The notes beneath the pieces are model-generated. The model did not search any database. It was not told the DNA's origin and was given only the letters and a program-made list of their open reading frames with translations. This document shows positions 1 through 10,989 of a DNA stretch of 64,000 bases, piece after piece. Each line of letters opens with the position of its first letter. Within the stretch, counting starts at the first letter, position 1. Made by a program: the position numbers and the translations under genes. Source of the stretch: a virus (Duplodnaviria; Heunggongvirae; Uroviricota; Caudoviricetes); the IMG/VR virus record IMGVR_UViG_3300026478_000263; one strand, written 5' to 3'.

Positions 1-89
1 TTGGCTACTAATCCCGCGGCCAAGGCGGCATGGGATAAATTTCAAACAGTGGCTGGACTAACTAATGTAGAATTAGATAAGGAGTATAA

Positions 90-479
90 ATGATTAAAGG
101 TATTAATTCTAGTGGAAGATTTGTTACTGTATCTGGTGGCCAGCCCAGCAGTAACTATATTAGTCCTGGCTCCAGTGGTGCAGGTATGTTGCGGTATAAC
201 CCTAACACGAGTGCTATGGAAGTCAACGATGGCAATTCATGGCAACAACTAAACATGAATTATGCCACTGTTGAACTTACACAAGAAGCAGAAAGTTTGT
301 TAGAGTGGGCACGTGAACAGCGTAGTAAGCAACAGGCCAGAAAATATGCCGCAGAAAATAATCCCGCACTGAAGAAAGCATATGAAGCAATTCAACGTGC
401 AGAAGAAAACTTTGATTTATTAGAAGCCATTGCTGGCAAATATGAATCCGAATCAGAACAAGTACAGAGTGCGCCATGA
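90..479 (+). CDS. hypothetical phage protein
   Basis: 129-aa ORF, GGAG upstream, stop overlaps next start (ATGA). Confidence 0.75.
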   Translation: MIKGINSSGRFVTVSGGQPSSNYISPGSSGAGMLRYNPNTSAMEVNDGNSWQQLNMNYATVELTQEAESLLEWAREQRSKQQARKYAAENNPALKKAYEAIQRAEENFDLLEAIAGKYESESEQVQSAP

Positions 480-712
480 GTAATATTAAAGTGAGATACG
501 ATGCTACCTGCGAAGTTAAACAGGAAAGTTCGGGTAGAGTTGTTCAAGCAGATGTTATGGCATTCAATGAAGGTCGTAACTTAACTGTGGTAATGAACAA
601 AAGTGTTAAACTATTAATGAACTGGAATGGCAGAGTTTACGAAGGTCGTATGGCCGGAATGGATTTTATTAGTAACGGACCAAAAGGTCAAAAATATACA
701 GAGGGCAGATAA
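476..712 (+). CDS. hypothetical phage protein
   Basis: 78-aa ORF coupled to both neighbours. Confidence 0.7.
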   Translation: MSNIKVRYDATCEVKQESSGRVVQADVMAFNEGRNLTVVMNKSVKLLMNWNGRVYEGRMAGMDFISNGPKGQKYTEGR

Positions 713-1428
713 TGAACGTTGTAGTTTCAGATCTTGATAATATTTTTTCCGCAACTTATAAAGAAAAAGCCACGGAGTTTCAAGAAGATCCACTGGTGTT
801 GTCTGTAAGTCTAAAAGAACTTATGGAGGGAAATCCAGGTTCTTTTTATTCCATGGAAGACGACCGTGTAAAAAATAATATCAAAGATGAAACTAGAACA
901 TTAGCCGAAAAGATTAGAAAATATTACGGTAAGAAATACTTTTGGTCTAATCTTACTAATGCTAGAAATATCAGTGACTTTAGAAGTCGTGTTTGCTATT
1001 TGTTAGAAAATCGTATTCATACCTGCGAAGGCAAAGACCTAGGTATATATTATAAACTTCCTTACTTTTACGAAGAAGATATGATATACGATGATTTCAA
1101 AAAACAATATAACACCACAGATGTTCCACGTATAATTCGTGGTATGGGTAAGCCTGTTAAGAGTCAACTAAAATTAAAGTATTTGAAGACTACTTCTAGC
1201 AGACAACAGAAGCGAAATATTAATCGTTTTTGGTTTACAGATGACCGTTATCTATACAACATCGAAGTAGCCAGCGATAATCCTTTATTGGAGATGTTTA
1301 AGCAGTTAGTTGTTGACAAGACTGAAGTTGCGTTTGATACCTTCTATGAAGTTGACAGGATAGATCAATTGTATTTTTATAAACTTTTTAATTTTACGTT
1401 AGCAAAGGAACATAATGAAATTTCGTAA
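712..1428 (+). CDS. hypothetical phage protein
   Basis: 238-aa ORF, TAATG coupling. Confidence 0.75.
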   Translation: MNVVVSDLDNIFSATYKEKATEFQEDPLVLSVSLKELMEGNPGSFYSMEDDRVKNNIKDETRTLAEKIRKYYGKKYFWSNLTNARNISDFRSRVCYLLENRIHTCEGKDLGIYYKLPYFYEEDMIYDDFKKQYNTTDVPRIIRGMGKPVKSQLKLKYLKTTSSRQQKRNINRFWFTDDRYLYNIEVASDNPLLEMFKQLVVDKTEVAFDTFYEVDRIDQLYFYKLFNFTLAKEHNEIS

Positions 1429-1699
1429 GAAGCCTGTGATTATCGAGGCTGTACAATTTTTTTACACAGACGAATCTGTTGCACAGTTAGAAGAATTCTG
1501 CGGAGAATCTCTAGGCAACATTCGCAAAGAACATAACAATGATCCAGCCGAAGCAGAAATACGCACATTAGAAGACGGTATAGGTTTAACAGTTAAACAT
1601 ATTGCCACCGAAGGCGATTGGATTATTAAAGGAGTGCAGGGCGAGTTCTATGCCTGCAAGCCAGATATTTTTGAACAAACTTACGAAAAGGTAGAATAA
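1415..1699 (+). CDS. conserved phage protein ([14 protein letters not shown]...[18 protein letters not shown] type)
   Basis: recognisable widespread small phage protein pattern; AGGA SD. Confidence 0.75.
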   Translation: MKFRKKPVIIEAVQFFYTDESVAQLEEFCGESLGNIRKEHNNDPAEAEIRTLEDGIGLTVKHIATEGDWIIKGVQGEFYACKPDIFEQTYEKVE

Positions 1700-1700
1700 G

Positions 1701-2324
1701 ATGCCACATTTGGTGCCAATGGTAGTAGAGTCCACAAACAAAGGCGAACGTGCCTATGACATTTATTCACGTCTATTAAAGGATCGTGTAATTATGTTAG
1801 ACACCGACGTCAATGAACATTCAGCCAGTGTGATTGTGGCACAACTGCTATTCCTCGAAAGTGAGAATAGCGAAAAAGACATTAGTCTGTTTATTAACAG
1901 TCCTGGTGGAAGTGTAACTGCGGGACTGGCTATTTACGATACCATGCAGTTTATCAAACCAGATGTTGCCACTTACGTAGTTGGGCAGGCCGCAAGTATG
2001 GGATCATTCCTAGCGTCTGCTGGTGCAAAAGGTAAACGATTTGTATTGCCAGAAAGTCGCACAATGATTCATCGTGTTAGTTCAGGAACTCCTGGCACAC
2101 GTGGTAGCGTACACGTACAAGAACTACAGTTCGAAGATGCTAAACGTACTTACGAGGAAAGTCAGCGTATCAACAAACGTCTAACTGAATTGTATGTTAA
2201 ACACAATACGGCAGGTAAAACCTATGACGAAATGTTTGGCGACATGAAGTTTGATACATTCTTATCTGCACAACAGGCTGTTGAATATGGACTTGCAGAT
2301 AAAGTAATTGAGAAACGTGAATGA
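1701..2324 (+). CDS. clpP: ATP-dependent Clp protease proteolytic subunit
   Basis: [30 protein letters not shown], catalytic Ser in GQAASMGS, His in MIHR, Asp in DTFLSA. Confidence 0.97.
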   Translation: MPHLVPMVVESTNKGERAYDIYSRLLKDRVIMLDTDVNEHSASVIVAQLLFLESENSEKDISLFINSPGGSVTAGLAIYDTMQFIKPDVATYVVGQAASMGSFLASAGAKGKRFVLPESRTMIHRVSSGTPGTRGSVHVQELQFEDAKRTYEESQRINKRLTELYVKHNTAGKTYDEMFGDMKFDTFLSAQQAVEYGLADKVIEKRE

Positions 2325-2884
2325 CCACATACGTAGACCATACTGGGCAATTTGAAAAATATAATTTTAGTTCTGTAATTACAGAACAAGACCAGGCCGA
2401 TGCTATACAACGAATTACAGACATTGTAAATTCTGGACAGTATTTTAAAAACAGTCCCAAGTATCAAACACAGGTTAATTTATTTGGATTGCCTGACCCG
2501 CTTTGGATGAAATTTAGAATGAGTTTTATCTTTAGTGTGTTTATGTATTTAGGTAAAGAAGTAAAGATTAATCAATTAATGGCTTGGAGTTTCATGACTA
2601 ACAATGAAATTACCGAGGATCGAGATAATCTTTGGCACACGCACCATTATACCGAAGGGAAAACTACTGTATCAGGCATTTGGTATTTAAAGATACCCAC
2701 CGATGCAGACTATAAGTCAAGTGGTACAGAGTTTGCCCCTAACGGTGTCGGTCAGCCAGAACGAATCACCATAGAGCCTGTGCAGAATCATTGGTTAATA
2801 TATCCTGGCAAGATATATCACAGACCAACTCCTCCACAGAGTAAAGAATTTAGATATGTATTAGCCGCAGATTTGGAGTTTTAA
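2321..2884 (+). CDS. putative 2OG-Fe(II) oxygenase-like protein
   Basis: WHTHH and [11 protein letters not shown] metal-ligand pattern, SGIWYL strand typical of small phage oxygenases. Confidence 0.55.
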   Translation: MTTYVDHTGQFEKYNFSSVITEQDQADAIQRITDIVNSGQYFKNSPKYQTQVNLFGLPDPLWMKFRMSFIFSVFMYLGKEVKINQLMAWSFMTNNEITEDRDNLWHTHHYTEGKTTVSGIWYLKIPTDADYKSSGTEFAPNGVGQPERITIEPVQNHWLIYPGKIYHRPTPPQSKEFRYVLAADLEF

Positions 2885-2885
2885 T

Positions 2886-3191
2886 ATGACACAGGTAACA
2901 GATTTAGTAGAGTTTCAAAGTGATTGGTATGCTACTGCCACAGAAGATGAACGCAAGTCATTTCGCGAATGGTTGATTAACGTTCTACGTATGCACGACA
3001 CAGTGGAAGTAACATTCAAAAAAACTGATGGCACACTGAGAGAAATGAAGTGTACTCTTAAAGAAGGCATTTGCCCTACAGTAGAGAACCCAAAAACTTC
3101 AGAAGTTCTTTGTACAGTTTGGGATACCGTAATTGGCAATTGGCGTAGTTTTAAGTTTGAGAACATCCAAAAAATAAATTTCATGTTGTAA
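2886..3191 (+). CDS. Sm-like/SH3-fold phage protein (T4 61.1-like)
   Basis: VEVTFKKTDGTLREMKCTL...VWD...WRSFK pattern. Confidence 0.6.
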   Translation: MTQVTDLVEFQSDWYATATEDERKSFREWLINVLRMHDTVEVTFKKTDGTLREMKCTLKEGICPTVENPKTSEVLCTVWDTVIGNWRSFKFENIQKINFML

Positions 3192-3481
3192 TGAAACCAC
3201 AGTTCCGAATCGACAAAAGAGACGGGTTTTGGACTGCTGACGTTTATTATGTTACCCAAAGTGGACAACAAGAACTCTTTCCGGAATGGGACGGGTTTGA
3301 AGAACCGTTTAGCGAATCTACTTACCAAAATATAAGTAATTGGTGTTACAATACGTTTAAGACGTATATTTGGCCCAAAAGAGCTCGCAGAATGAGCTAT
3401 ACCCAATTTTGGTTTAAGAATAAAAAGGATTTGGATTGGTTTGTTCTGTATTGGAGCGGAGTTGACATTTCGGAAGAGTGA
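3191..3481 (+). CDS. hypothetical phage protein
   Basis: 96-aa ORF, TAATG coupling. Confidence 0.65.
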   Translation: MKPQFRIDKRDGFWTADVYYVTQSGQQELFPEWDGFEEPFSESTYQNISNWCYNTFKTYIWPKRARRMSYTQFWFKNKKDLDWFVLYWSGVDISEE

Positions 3482-3490
3482 CTATATAAT
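3462..3490 (+). promoter_or_regulatory. sigma70-type promoter
   Basis: TTGACA(3462-3467)-17 nt-TATAAT(3485-3490), perfect consensus. Confidence 0.9.
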
Positions 3491-3521
3491 ATGTTTATTA
3501 AGTTAATTAACAGGAGCAAAA

Positions 3522-4718
3522 ATGGCTACTAAGACAGCAACCAAAACCCGTGTAACCAAAAAGCAAGTTATTGCACACCGCACTCGTGCAGTCAAAGATA
3601 CTAGCCCAAATTGGGAAGGTTGCGAATCTTGGGATGCCGACAAGTTCCATAAACACTTTCGTAGTAGCATGGACTACTATCGTTTAGAAAGCGACATTAA
3701 AACTTACAAGCCAATTATTGTTAAGTGGATGACTGATGCAGGCTGTGCTAAAGAAGACATTGTTGCTATTAAGAAAGTCAAAGACAATCGTATCAGCACC
3801 ACAATGGGCGCCATTGCTCACTGTCTGTTACGTGGTATGACTCCGCAACGTGCAGACTTTAACAGCGGCAAGGACACCGCCGCTTGGTTGCGTAATGCCA
3901 TTGTCAATGTAATCCTCGAAGGCAAAGACGATACCGAGGGCGAAGAAAAAGTTGAAGTCAAAAAAGAAGTGTACACTCCTAGCATTCAAGAACGTCTGCG
4001 TGAAGTTGCGCTGAATATGACTGAAGAAATTGAAAAGGCCTATGAGTCGTTTCAAATCGATCCGGAAAACTTTGATCCAAAAGCATTTAAGGTTCTTAAT
4101 TTGTTGAAGAGCCAGCAGGCCAAAGCCGCACACGCTCGTATCATTCGTGACTTTTATGCTCGCGATTTGGCAGAACTAGAAGAGCTTGCCAGCGGTAAAG
4201 CAGACGAACAGTTGAAAGAAGGTTACAGTCATCGTAGCAAAAAGCAGATTCGTAACTTCATTACATTTTTGCAGGAGATTCAAAACGCCTGTACTATGTT
4301 AATGCAGGAAGCCAAAGTGAATCGTGCTCCTCGTGCTAAGAAAGCAGTCAGTGTTGACAAACTTGTTGCTAAACTCAAGTACAAGAAAACTGACGAGCCA
4401 TTGAAATTGGTGTCAATTAATCCTACTGACATTATCGGTAGCAAGGAGTTGTGGGTTTATAACACTAAGAGCCGTAAGTTGGGCAAGTATGTTGCCAACG
4501 AATATATGGAATTAGGTGTTAAAGGCACCACAATTACCGGCTTTAGCGAAACACTCAGCATTATGAAGACTGTGCGTAAGCCAGAGGAAAAGATGAAAGA
4601 GTTCAAAGCCGCTGGTAAGGTGCAGTTGCGTAAGTTCTTAGACGAGATTAATGCTACAGAGGCTCGTATGAATGGACGCATTAACGAAGAGATTATTCTT
4701 CTTAAGGCTAGTTCTTAA
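3522..4718 (+). CDS. hypothetical early phage protein
   Basis: 398-aa basic/helical ORF behind a consensus promoter and AGGAG SD. Confidence 0.8.
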   Translation: MATKTATKTRVTKKQVIAHRTRAVKDTSPNWEGCESWDADKFHKHFRSSMDYYRLESDIKTYKPIIVKWMTDAGCAKEDIVAIKKVKDNRISTTMGAIAHCLLRGMTPQRADFNSGKDTAAWLRNAIVNVILEGKDDTEGEEKVEVKKEVYTPSIQERLREVALNMTEEIEKAYESFQIDPENFDPKAFKVLNLLKSQQAKAAHARIIRDFYARDLAELEELASGKADEQLKEGYSHRSKKQIRNFITFLQEIQNACTMLMQEAKVNRAPRAKKAVSVDKLVAKLKYKKTDEPLKLVSINPTDIIGSKELWVYNTKSRKLGKYVANEYMELGVKGTTITGFSETLSIMKTVRKPEEKMKEFKAAGKVQLRKFLDEINATEARMNGRINEEIILLKASS

Positions 4719-6796
4719 GTAGCACTAGCGTTAATTGTAATCACAGGACTTAGTCCAACAAGGGTTCCGGTAGTGGACCCTTGTCTCACACCAATTCTAA
4801 ATGTTTCTGCGGCTTCTGCTCCGTCCGTGGCACGAATAGAAACTATACCGTTAATAAAATAGTTTCCTTGGCTGGTAATATTAAACGAATACGGTAGTCC
4901 GCTAACGTCTGCGGCTACAGCAGAGCTGGTGCTTTCAAATGTTAACCAATATGTTCCTTGAACCATTCCGTTAGGAGACGATAATGGTGTAGTTACTGTA
5001 ATGTTTAATCCGTTACCTTCACTAGCAGGGTTCGGAGAAACTGCAGAAATTGTCATCGATGAATCGTATAATATTATCTGTCCACTAGTTACTAATACTG
5101 TTCCTGATATAGAACCTTCTCTAATTTGAACTGTAAACACTTGGACACTATTAGTTTCTGCTACAGTATCAGAGGCCGCACCGATAGTTAATGTAGTTGT
5201 TTGATTTAATGAAGTTGTTGTGAAAGATCCTGATAGACTTCCTGTAGAAATATCTGTGGTCAATAGTGTTCCAGATACGTTATTAAATGTATAATAATAT
5301 GTTCCAGCAGGCCCAAGGTTTCCTACTTGTAATGTAGTCGATGTAGCATACCCGGATATGTTGCCTGCCATTTCTGCAATAGTACTATTGGCAGTAAATG
5401 AAGTAAATGGTGTCAATGAGGTATCAAGTATCGTTACACTAGTTGATACAATAATAGTTCCGCTAGTACTGCCACTTCGAACTTGTACGTTCATAGTTTC
5501 AGATCCTTCGGTTGTTCTATCCGAAGACGTAGTGATGCTAAATGTGCCCGTGCCGTTTTCTATTCCACCAGTACTACCGCTTATTGTAAATGAGCCGCTA
5601 GTAGCAGTTACATCGCCTGCACTAATACCAGATGTTGTCCAGTAGTATGTTCCGTCTGGGCCAACATTGGCTGCGGTGAACGATACACTACTTCCTTCGT
5701 TTACAGTTGCCGCGTCAGGTGTTAATGTTGGTGTAATAGAAATATCTGTTATAGTTATTTCATCACTGGCGCCAATAATTGTTCCTGTAATCGATGTTTG
5801 TCTTACTGCAACAGAAAACGTTTCGGTACCTTCTGTAAATAAATCCTTTGCAGGTGTTATATTAAATGATCCGCTATTGCTGGTCATTGTAAATGTACCA
5901 GACAAGGATGCAGAGGTAAAATCAGATGTAGTAATTGCTGTACTACCGGATGCTTGTTCAATTGTATAGTAGTATGTTCCATCTGTAACGTTTGTTCCAG
6001 CAATAGTAAACGTAATTGCACTACCCTCGCTGCCTGTAAGAGTAGATGGAGTTACTGTAGCAGATACTACTGTTACTGTTGGCGGCGTTACATAATTTTC
6101 AGTATATGGAGATTCAGCAATATATGTTACAAGATTGTTTGTCACTGCTATCGCATTGGCTGAACTATCAGTAGTAAATGTTCCACTAGATTTTACATTT
6201 AATAATAGAGATGCGGTTGCACCCTGACTTGTTCTAGTAAAAGGAACTTTGCTAGGAGTAAATCCTGTAGTGTATAACGCACTCTTAGAAATTCTTAAAT
6301 TGGTTAAGTAACCCAATGCTGGGTAAGTACTATTGCCCGGATACCATTGCCCCACACACGGATTATATGTTGTATTAGTAGCATAGTTATTAGTACAGGT
6401 TGCAGAAGCATAGGCTACACCGTTTACGAACAATCTAGCACTACCACTGTTTCGAACTAAAGCAATATGATTCCAAGTGTTTAATGTCAATGTTCCACCA
6501 AATGCTCGAATGGCGCCGCCTACTGTGGCAAATACAATTTGGCCATCACGTTGATAAATCCAAAGATAATTATTGTTACCAAACCATTGAGCATATAAAA
6601 CTTTAATACCAGTCAAATTAGTAATTGGTTTCCACCAAAACTCTATGGTAAAGTTTGCCGTACCGTAGGTTAAACTAGTTCCCGAAAATGTTAAGTACTG
6701 ACTGCCGCCAACAAAGTACAAACTTCCTCCCGGCTGTATTCCAGAAGTTCCATATGATTGTACGCCTGCGCTACCTAATGTAGTTAATAATGGCAT
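4715..6796 (-). CDS. virion fibre/adhesin: LamG/concanavalin-like domain plus repeated Calx-beta/Ig-like modules
   Basis: FTIEFWWKP, WNHIALVRNSGSARLFVNG, GYLTNLRISK; repeated EG...TYY...D...SGSFT...D..TEG.ETF.V.VR.GS.TGT units. Confidence 0.7.
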   Translation of the reverse strand: MPLLTTLGSAGVQSYGTSGIQPGGSLYFVGGSQYLTFSGTSLTYGTANFTIEFWWKPITNLTGIKVLYAQWFGNNNYLWIYQRDGQIVFATVGGAIRAFGGTLTLNTWNHIALVRNSGSARLFVNGVAYASATCTNNYATNTTYNPCVGQWYPGNSTYPALGYLTNLRISKSALYTTGFTPSKVPFTRTSQGATASLLLNVKSSGTFTTDSSANAIAVTNNLVTYIAESPYTENYVTPPTVTVVSATVTPSTLTGSEGSAITFTIAGTNVTDGTYYYTIEQASGSTAITTSDFTSASLSGTFTMTSNSGSFNITPAKDLFTEGTETFSVAVRQTSITGTIIGASDEITITDISITPTLTPDAATVNEGSSVSFTAANVGPDGTYYWTTSGISAGDVTATSGSFTISGSTGGIENGTGTFSITTSSDRTTEGSETMNVQVRSGSTSGTIIVSTSVTILDTSLTPFTSFTANSTIAEMAGNISGYATSTTLQVGNLGPAGTYYYTFNNVSGTLLTTDISTGSLSGSFTTTSLNQTTTLTIGAASDTVAETNSVQVFTVQIREGSISGTVLVTSGQIILYDSSMTISAVSPNPASEGNGLNITVTTPLSSPNGMVQGTYWLTFESTSSAVAADVSGLPYSFNITSQGNYFINGIVSIRATDGAEAAETFRIGVRQGSTTGTLVGLSPVITINASAT

Positions 6797-6805
6797 TGTT
6801 AAACC

Positions 6806-8740
6806 TTAAGCAAATCTAGCCTGACTAGCAATAATTGTATATGTACTTGCGGCTGTTTTAATAATTGTAAATGAATATGAGTCAATGCTACTAGCATTAC
6901 CGCCTGTCGGTGCGGCACCGCCTAACCATTTAGGAGTAACGGCAGATCCATCGACAGTAAACGCTGTTGGATAGTATGCTGTGCCGCCTTGTGTGGCTAG
7001 CAATACTACTGTTACACTCTGTCCTGTGGTTAAGAATGTATTCATTGTTGTACTTCCGTCACCACGGAAGTTCAGTGTCCAGTTTGCGGCTGCATTAGAG
7101 GAATAGTAAAACACACTATTTGTTTTGCAATCTAATGTTGTTGCGCCAGTAAGTGCCGCTGGGTTAACTGAAACCGTTTCAATTGTGCTAGTGCCAATGC
7201 TAAGTGTACTACTTGCACTGACTGTACTACCACTGATAATACCACTGAATGTCCCTGCTGTAAGAACATTTGTGCTAGGATTGTAGGCTAAGTCTACATC
7301 AGTTCTAATATTTTCGTTACCTGTGGTTGTATCGACAAATGTTAGATAGTGTGCGGCATTAGTCGATGTTGCTGTTAATGCTACCTGACTTGCTGGTCCT
7401 GTAAACGCTGTGGCTGTAATTGTGCCTGCACTAAAGTCGCCGTTAGTATCACGGAATACAATAGTTGATGCTGTGTTGTTTGCAGTAGCATTTGAACTAA
7501 CTGTAAATGTTCCACCTTCTGAACTCGAACTTCCTGATAGACCGTTACCGCTTACTCCGGCTGTAGCAACATAGTTACCTGTAGTATCTGTACCAAGTGC
7601 AACTGTATCACTGCCAACTGTTAATGCTACGCTAGTAACATCTGCCGATCCATCGATGCTGAATGAACCTGTTACATCGCCTGTGAATGTAACTGTACGA
7701 GCAGTATGCCATTTACTTGCAGTGGCGGCTTGTAAATTTGCCACAGCGGTAGTGCTAGCCACAGTAAATGGAGCAGTACCAGTTGTCTGAGTACTTTCAA
7801 ATGTTGTTGCTTTTACATACCCACCAATGTTAGCATTTTCAAATACAGCAAGGCCGCCGGCGGTTAATTTTAATGCGCCAGTAGATGTATTACTACTGCC
7901 TGTAGCATTACTAATCGTAATTGCTGATGTAGTTGTTGCACCGCGGCTTGTAACATTTTGTAGTGTAGATGTAACAGCCAAATCTATGTTATCTGATGCT
8001 ATTGGAGTTCCTGTTGCAGAAGTAATAGTTAAAATTGTTCCGCTACCATCAACAGAGCCTACAGTAATTGTTACATTGTTGGCCGGATTCAATCCGCCTG
8101 GGAAATTAGTTCCATAGACTGTTACGGTATTACCTGCGGCAAAACCAGTACCACCATTGCTAACGCTGGCCACATAGGTATTGTTAATAATTGAAATATT
8201 GAATACAGCATTAATGCCCGAGCCGCTAGTTGCATTTTGAGCAAATGTCGATGGCAAAGTAACGGAATCCTGATAGGTAACTGTTAACTCTGTATGTGTT
8301 CCGTTAGTCAAAAGTGAAGCAGATAAATCTTCAATTTGTTCTTGGCTAAATGGTAAACTAGGACTGTTAGAACCAATTGTAATCTGATTTGCGCCAGTTC
8401 TAGTAATAAGAATTGGACTTAGTGGATCTGGATATAATTCGATATCGCTAGTCTCTGCGCCTAGGTCGCGCTCTAAACGTAACTTTGTTGTGCCTAACGG
8501 TACATAAGTTTGATAATCTGGACCATGAATTGTAATGGTATCAGTTGTCTGTCCAGGCGTTGCTGTGGAACTATCCTCAATGCTAAATGCAATATTCTGC
8601 CCAGCAACAATGGTAGCAGTATCCGTGACGCTGTCTGCTTCAATTTCAGTATCTACAGTAATTGCGTTGGGGATAGTTGTAACGCTTTCGCTGGGTCTAA
8701 ATCTTATTTTTCTAAAAAAATCGTAAAAGGCTGCTGGCAT
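6806..8740 (-). CDS. tail fibre-like structural protein
   Basis: 644 aa, Thr/Ser/Gly-rich; WHTARTVTFTGDVTGSFSIDGSADV and other fibre motifs; late promoter upstream. Confidence 0.7.
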   Translation of the reverse strand: MPAAFYDFFRKIRFRPSESVTTIPNAITVDTEIEADSVTDTATIVAGQNIAFSIEDSSTATPGQTTDTITIHGPDYQTYVPLGTTKLRLERDLGAETSDIELYPDPLSPILITRTGANQITIGSNSPSLPFSQEQIEDLSASLLTNGTHTELTVTYQDSVTLPSTFAQNATSGSGINAVFNISIINNTYVASVSNGGTGFAAGNTVTVYGTNFPGGLNPANNVTITVGSVDGSGTILTITSATGTPIASDNIDLAVTSTLQNVTSRGATTTSAITISNATGSSNTSTGALKLTAGGLAVFENANIGGYVKATTFESTQTTGTAPFTVASTTAVANLQAATASKWHTARTVTFTGDVTGSFSIDGSADVTSVALTVGSDTVALGTDTTGNYVATAGVSGNGLSGSSSSEGGTFTVSSNATANNTASTIVFRDTNGDFSAGTITATAFTGPASQVALTATSTNAAHYLTFVDTTTGNENIRTDVDLAYNPSTNVLTAGTFSGIISGSTVSASSTLSIGTSTIETVSVNPAALTGATTLDCKTNSVFYYSSNAAANWTLNFRGDGSTTMNTFLTTGQSVTVVLLATQGGTAYYPTAFTVDGSAVTPKWLGGAAPTGGNASSIDSYSFTIIKTAASTYTIIASQARFA

Positions 8741-8765
8741 TTTAGGTATATTCCTGTGTTACCAA

Positions 8766-8796
8766 TATTTATGCTATGTTGGATTCTATATAAATA
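8766..8796. promoter_or_regulatory. divergent pair of T4-like late promoters
   Basis: CATAAATA on minus (8766-8773) and TATAAATA on plus (8789-8796). Confidence 0.75.
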
Positions 8797-8803
8797 CTAC
8801 ACT

Positions 8804-10417
8804 ATGAGCTCAAACATCGACAAAATTCTTCAAGATTTAGGTGACGCACTAAAATCAGCCGCTAACGGTGGCACACTATCTAAGGGCATTTCTGATACTG
8901 CTACACGTGAGCAGATGATTGTTACAGATAAAGGTGTACAGGTTGGCGTATTAAGTGCTGACAGAATTAGCGGAAACATTCACGTAGAAGGCGTTCTTGG
9001 CGCTGGAAAAATTGTTGCCGCAGGTACTAGCGAATTTGCTAACTTAAAAGTTAACGGCAAATTAGAAGCAGATACGCTGTTAGTTAAGAATGTTATTTCA
9101 GAACAAAGCCTAGAATCATTTACAAAATCCATTTCTTTTGCCAGCAGACAACTCAGCGATTTAGATGGTAAAGGCTTGCAATGGGACAGCCCAGATGTAA
9201 GTTATCAGTTTGTTTTTAAAGCAAACCCAAAAAGAATTTTCAGCACAGAATCTATTGATTTATACAAAGGTTCTAAGTATCAAATTGAAGGCACAGATGT
9301 TTTAGAGCGCACAAGATTAGGTAATTCAGTACGTGACAGTAACCTACGCACAGTGGGTCCTTTAGAAGAACTACGTGTTACAGGCGAAACAAACCTAGGT
9401 GACACAGTTTTTGTTAATGCCCTAGGAAGACTAGGTGTCAATACAGAAGAACCAAACGCAGTTATCAGTGCCGTTGACAATAATGTAGAAGTAATTTTAG
9501 GTGCGGATCAAGACTCAGTGGGTTTTGTAGGTACTTGGGGCAGTAACAGTTTCAGTATTGTTACCGATAACACAAGACGTATTACAGTATCAGGAAACAC
9601 TACAGAGTTTGGCAATGCTAAGAGCAAAGGCGCAATAGTCAAAGTTCACGGCAGATTAGAAGTAGACAGCATTGTATCTGACATCAGAATCGAAAAAACT
9701 AGTCCAATAGAATTTATAGCCAGTAAGGATAACAGTATTTTTGGCAAGGGTATGCAATGGAAGGGCGAAGGTGGTACACGTCAGTTTATTATGCTTCCAA
9801 ACCCTGACAGAATCTATTCTTCAGAAAGTCTTGAATTAGCAATTAACAAAGAATTCTGGATCGACGGTAAGAGTGTATTAAACAGAACTGACCTAGGAGT
9901 TAGCGTTGTTAACTCTAGTCTTACTCGTTTAGGCACACTGACATCATTAGATGTTGCTGGAACAGTAAACTTGTCAGACAGCATTACTGTACAAGACAGC
10001 GTAGTTACAATTAACAATTCTGTAACAATCAAAGACGGCTCGGGCACATTAAGATTATCCAGCAGTGGTATTACAGCAGATAAGTTTGGCATTGGCGAAG
10101 ACTTTGAAGTAGATAACGCTGGCAGTATCCGTATCGGTGACAAAAATAATACAACTAGAAATGTAAACATCTATGGACAACTAAGTGTAAACATTACCAA
10201 CCCACAAGAAGATGCGGCATTCAGCGTAGACGGAATGATGGTTATCAATGGTAAACGCTTTGCACACGGCGTAGGTGCTCCTACAGAAAAAGCCTGGAAC
10301 AAAGGCGATATCATTTGGAATAGCAGTCCAGTAAGAACTAGTTACGTTGGATGGATCTGCGTAATGAGCGGTACTCCTGGTACTTGGGAGCCGTTCGGTT
10401 ATATTGGCGGAAGATGA
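8804..10417 (+). CDS. virion structural protein with two internal repeats (start re-called from 8510 to ATG 8804)
   Basis: ATG 7 nt after TATAAATA; repeated G.QW...F....NP.RI.S.ES..L......I.G..VL.RT.LG.SV..S.L...G.L..L.V.G unit. Confidence 0.7.
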   Translation: MSSNIDKILQDLGDALKSAANGGTLSKGISDTATREQMIVTDKGVQVGVLSADRISGNIHVEGVLGAGKIVAAGTSEFANLKVNGKLEADTLLVKNVISEQSLESFTKSISFASRQLSDLDGKGLQWDSPDVSYQFVFKANPKRIFSTESIDLYKGSKYQIEGTDVLERTRLGNSVRDSNLRTVGPLEELRVTGETNLGDTVFVNALGRLGVNTEEPNAVISAVDNNVEVILGADQDSVGFVGTWGSNSFSIVTDNTRRITVSGNTTEFGNAKSKGAIVKVHGRLEVDSIVSDIRIEKTSPIEFIASKDNSIFGKGMQWKGEGGTRQFIMLPNPDRIYSSESLELAINKEFWIDGKSVLNRTDLGVSVVNSSLTRLGTLTSLDVAGTVNLSDSITVQDSVVTINNSVTIKDGSGTLRLSSSGITADKFGIGEDFEVDNAGSIRIGDKNNTTRNVNIYGQLSVNITNPQEDAAFSVDGMMVINGKRFAHGVGAPTEKAWNKGDIIWNSSPVRTSYVGWICVMSGTPGTWEPFGYIGGR

Positions 10418-10989
10418 TATCTGTATTTGGCAACGGCGAATCCAGAAAACATTTAGATTTAAATTCACTTACAGAAACTAAAGTTGGCTGTAACGCCATA
10501 CATAGAGACTACTCAGTCGACCATTTAGTCTGTGTAGACAGACGTATGGTACAAGAAGCACTGGATAGCCACTTTGCTGGCACAATCTATACTAGAAAAG
10601 ATTGGGCACACTTCTACAAAAACAATCCTGTAAAAATATTACCAGACTTGCCTTACCAGGGCACTACTAGACCTGACGAGCCTTTTCAATGGGGCAGTGG
10701 TCCGTATGCTGTTTTGTTAGCCGCTATGCTAGACGACCATGTAAACTTATTTGGTTTTGATCTACACAGCCCAACACAGTTTGTCAATAACATTTACAAA
10801 GATACTGCTAACTATGCAGATGCTACTAAACCCGCAGTGGATCCAAGGTATTGGATATACCAGATTGCTCGCGTGTTTGAATGTTTCCCCGATAAGTACT
10901 TTGTAGTTTTTAACAATACAGAATGGCAGATGCCCAGTAGTTGGCTTTTGGCAAATGTTAAATTCAAAACTATTGACAGTATAATGTAA
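10414..10989 (+). CDS. glycosyltransferase-like/Rossmann-like protein (start re-called to ATG 10414)
   Basis: ISVFGNGESR...VGCNAIHRD...DHLVCVD...LFGFDL pattern; ATGA overlap with upstream stop. Confidence 0.5.
   Translation: MISVFGNGESRKHLDLNSLTETKVGCNAIHRDYSVDHLVCVDRRMVQEALDSHFAGTIYTRKDWAHFYKNNPVKILPDLPYQGTTRPDEPFQWGSGPYAVLLAAMLDDHVNLFGFDLHSPTQFVNNIYKDTANYADATKPAVDPRYWIYQIARVFECFPDKYFVVFNNTEWQMPSSWLLANVKFKTIDSIM

Noticed and set aside
8510-8803. Extended N-termini from the ORF track (8510, 10351, 12416, 13856, 14105, 30703, 33446, 33996, 38283)
   Set aside because: They overlap neighbouring genes or promoters; downstream starts fit SD, promoter or coupling signals better.
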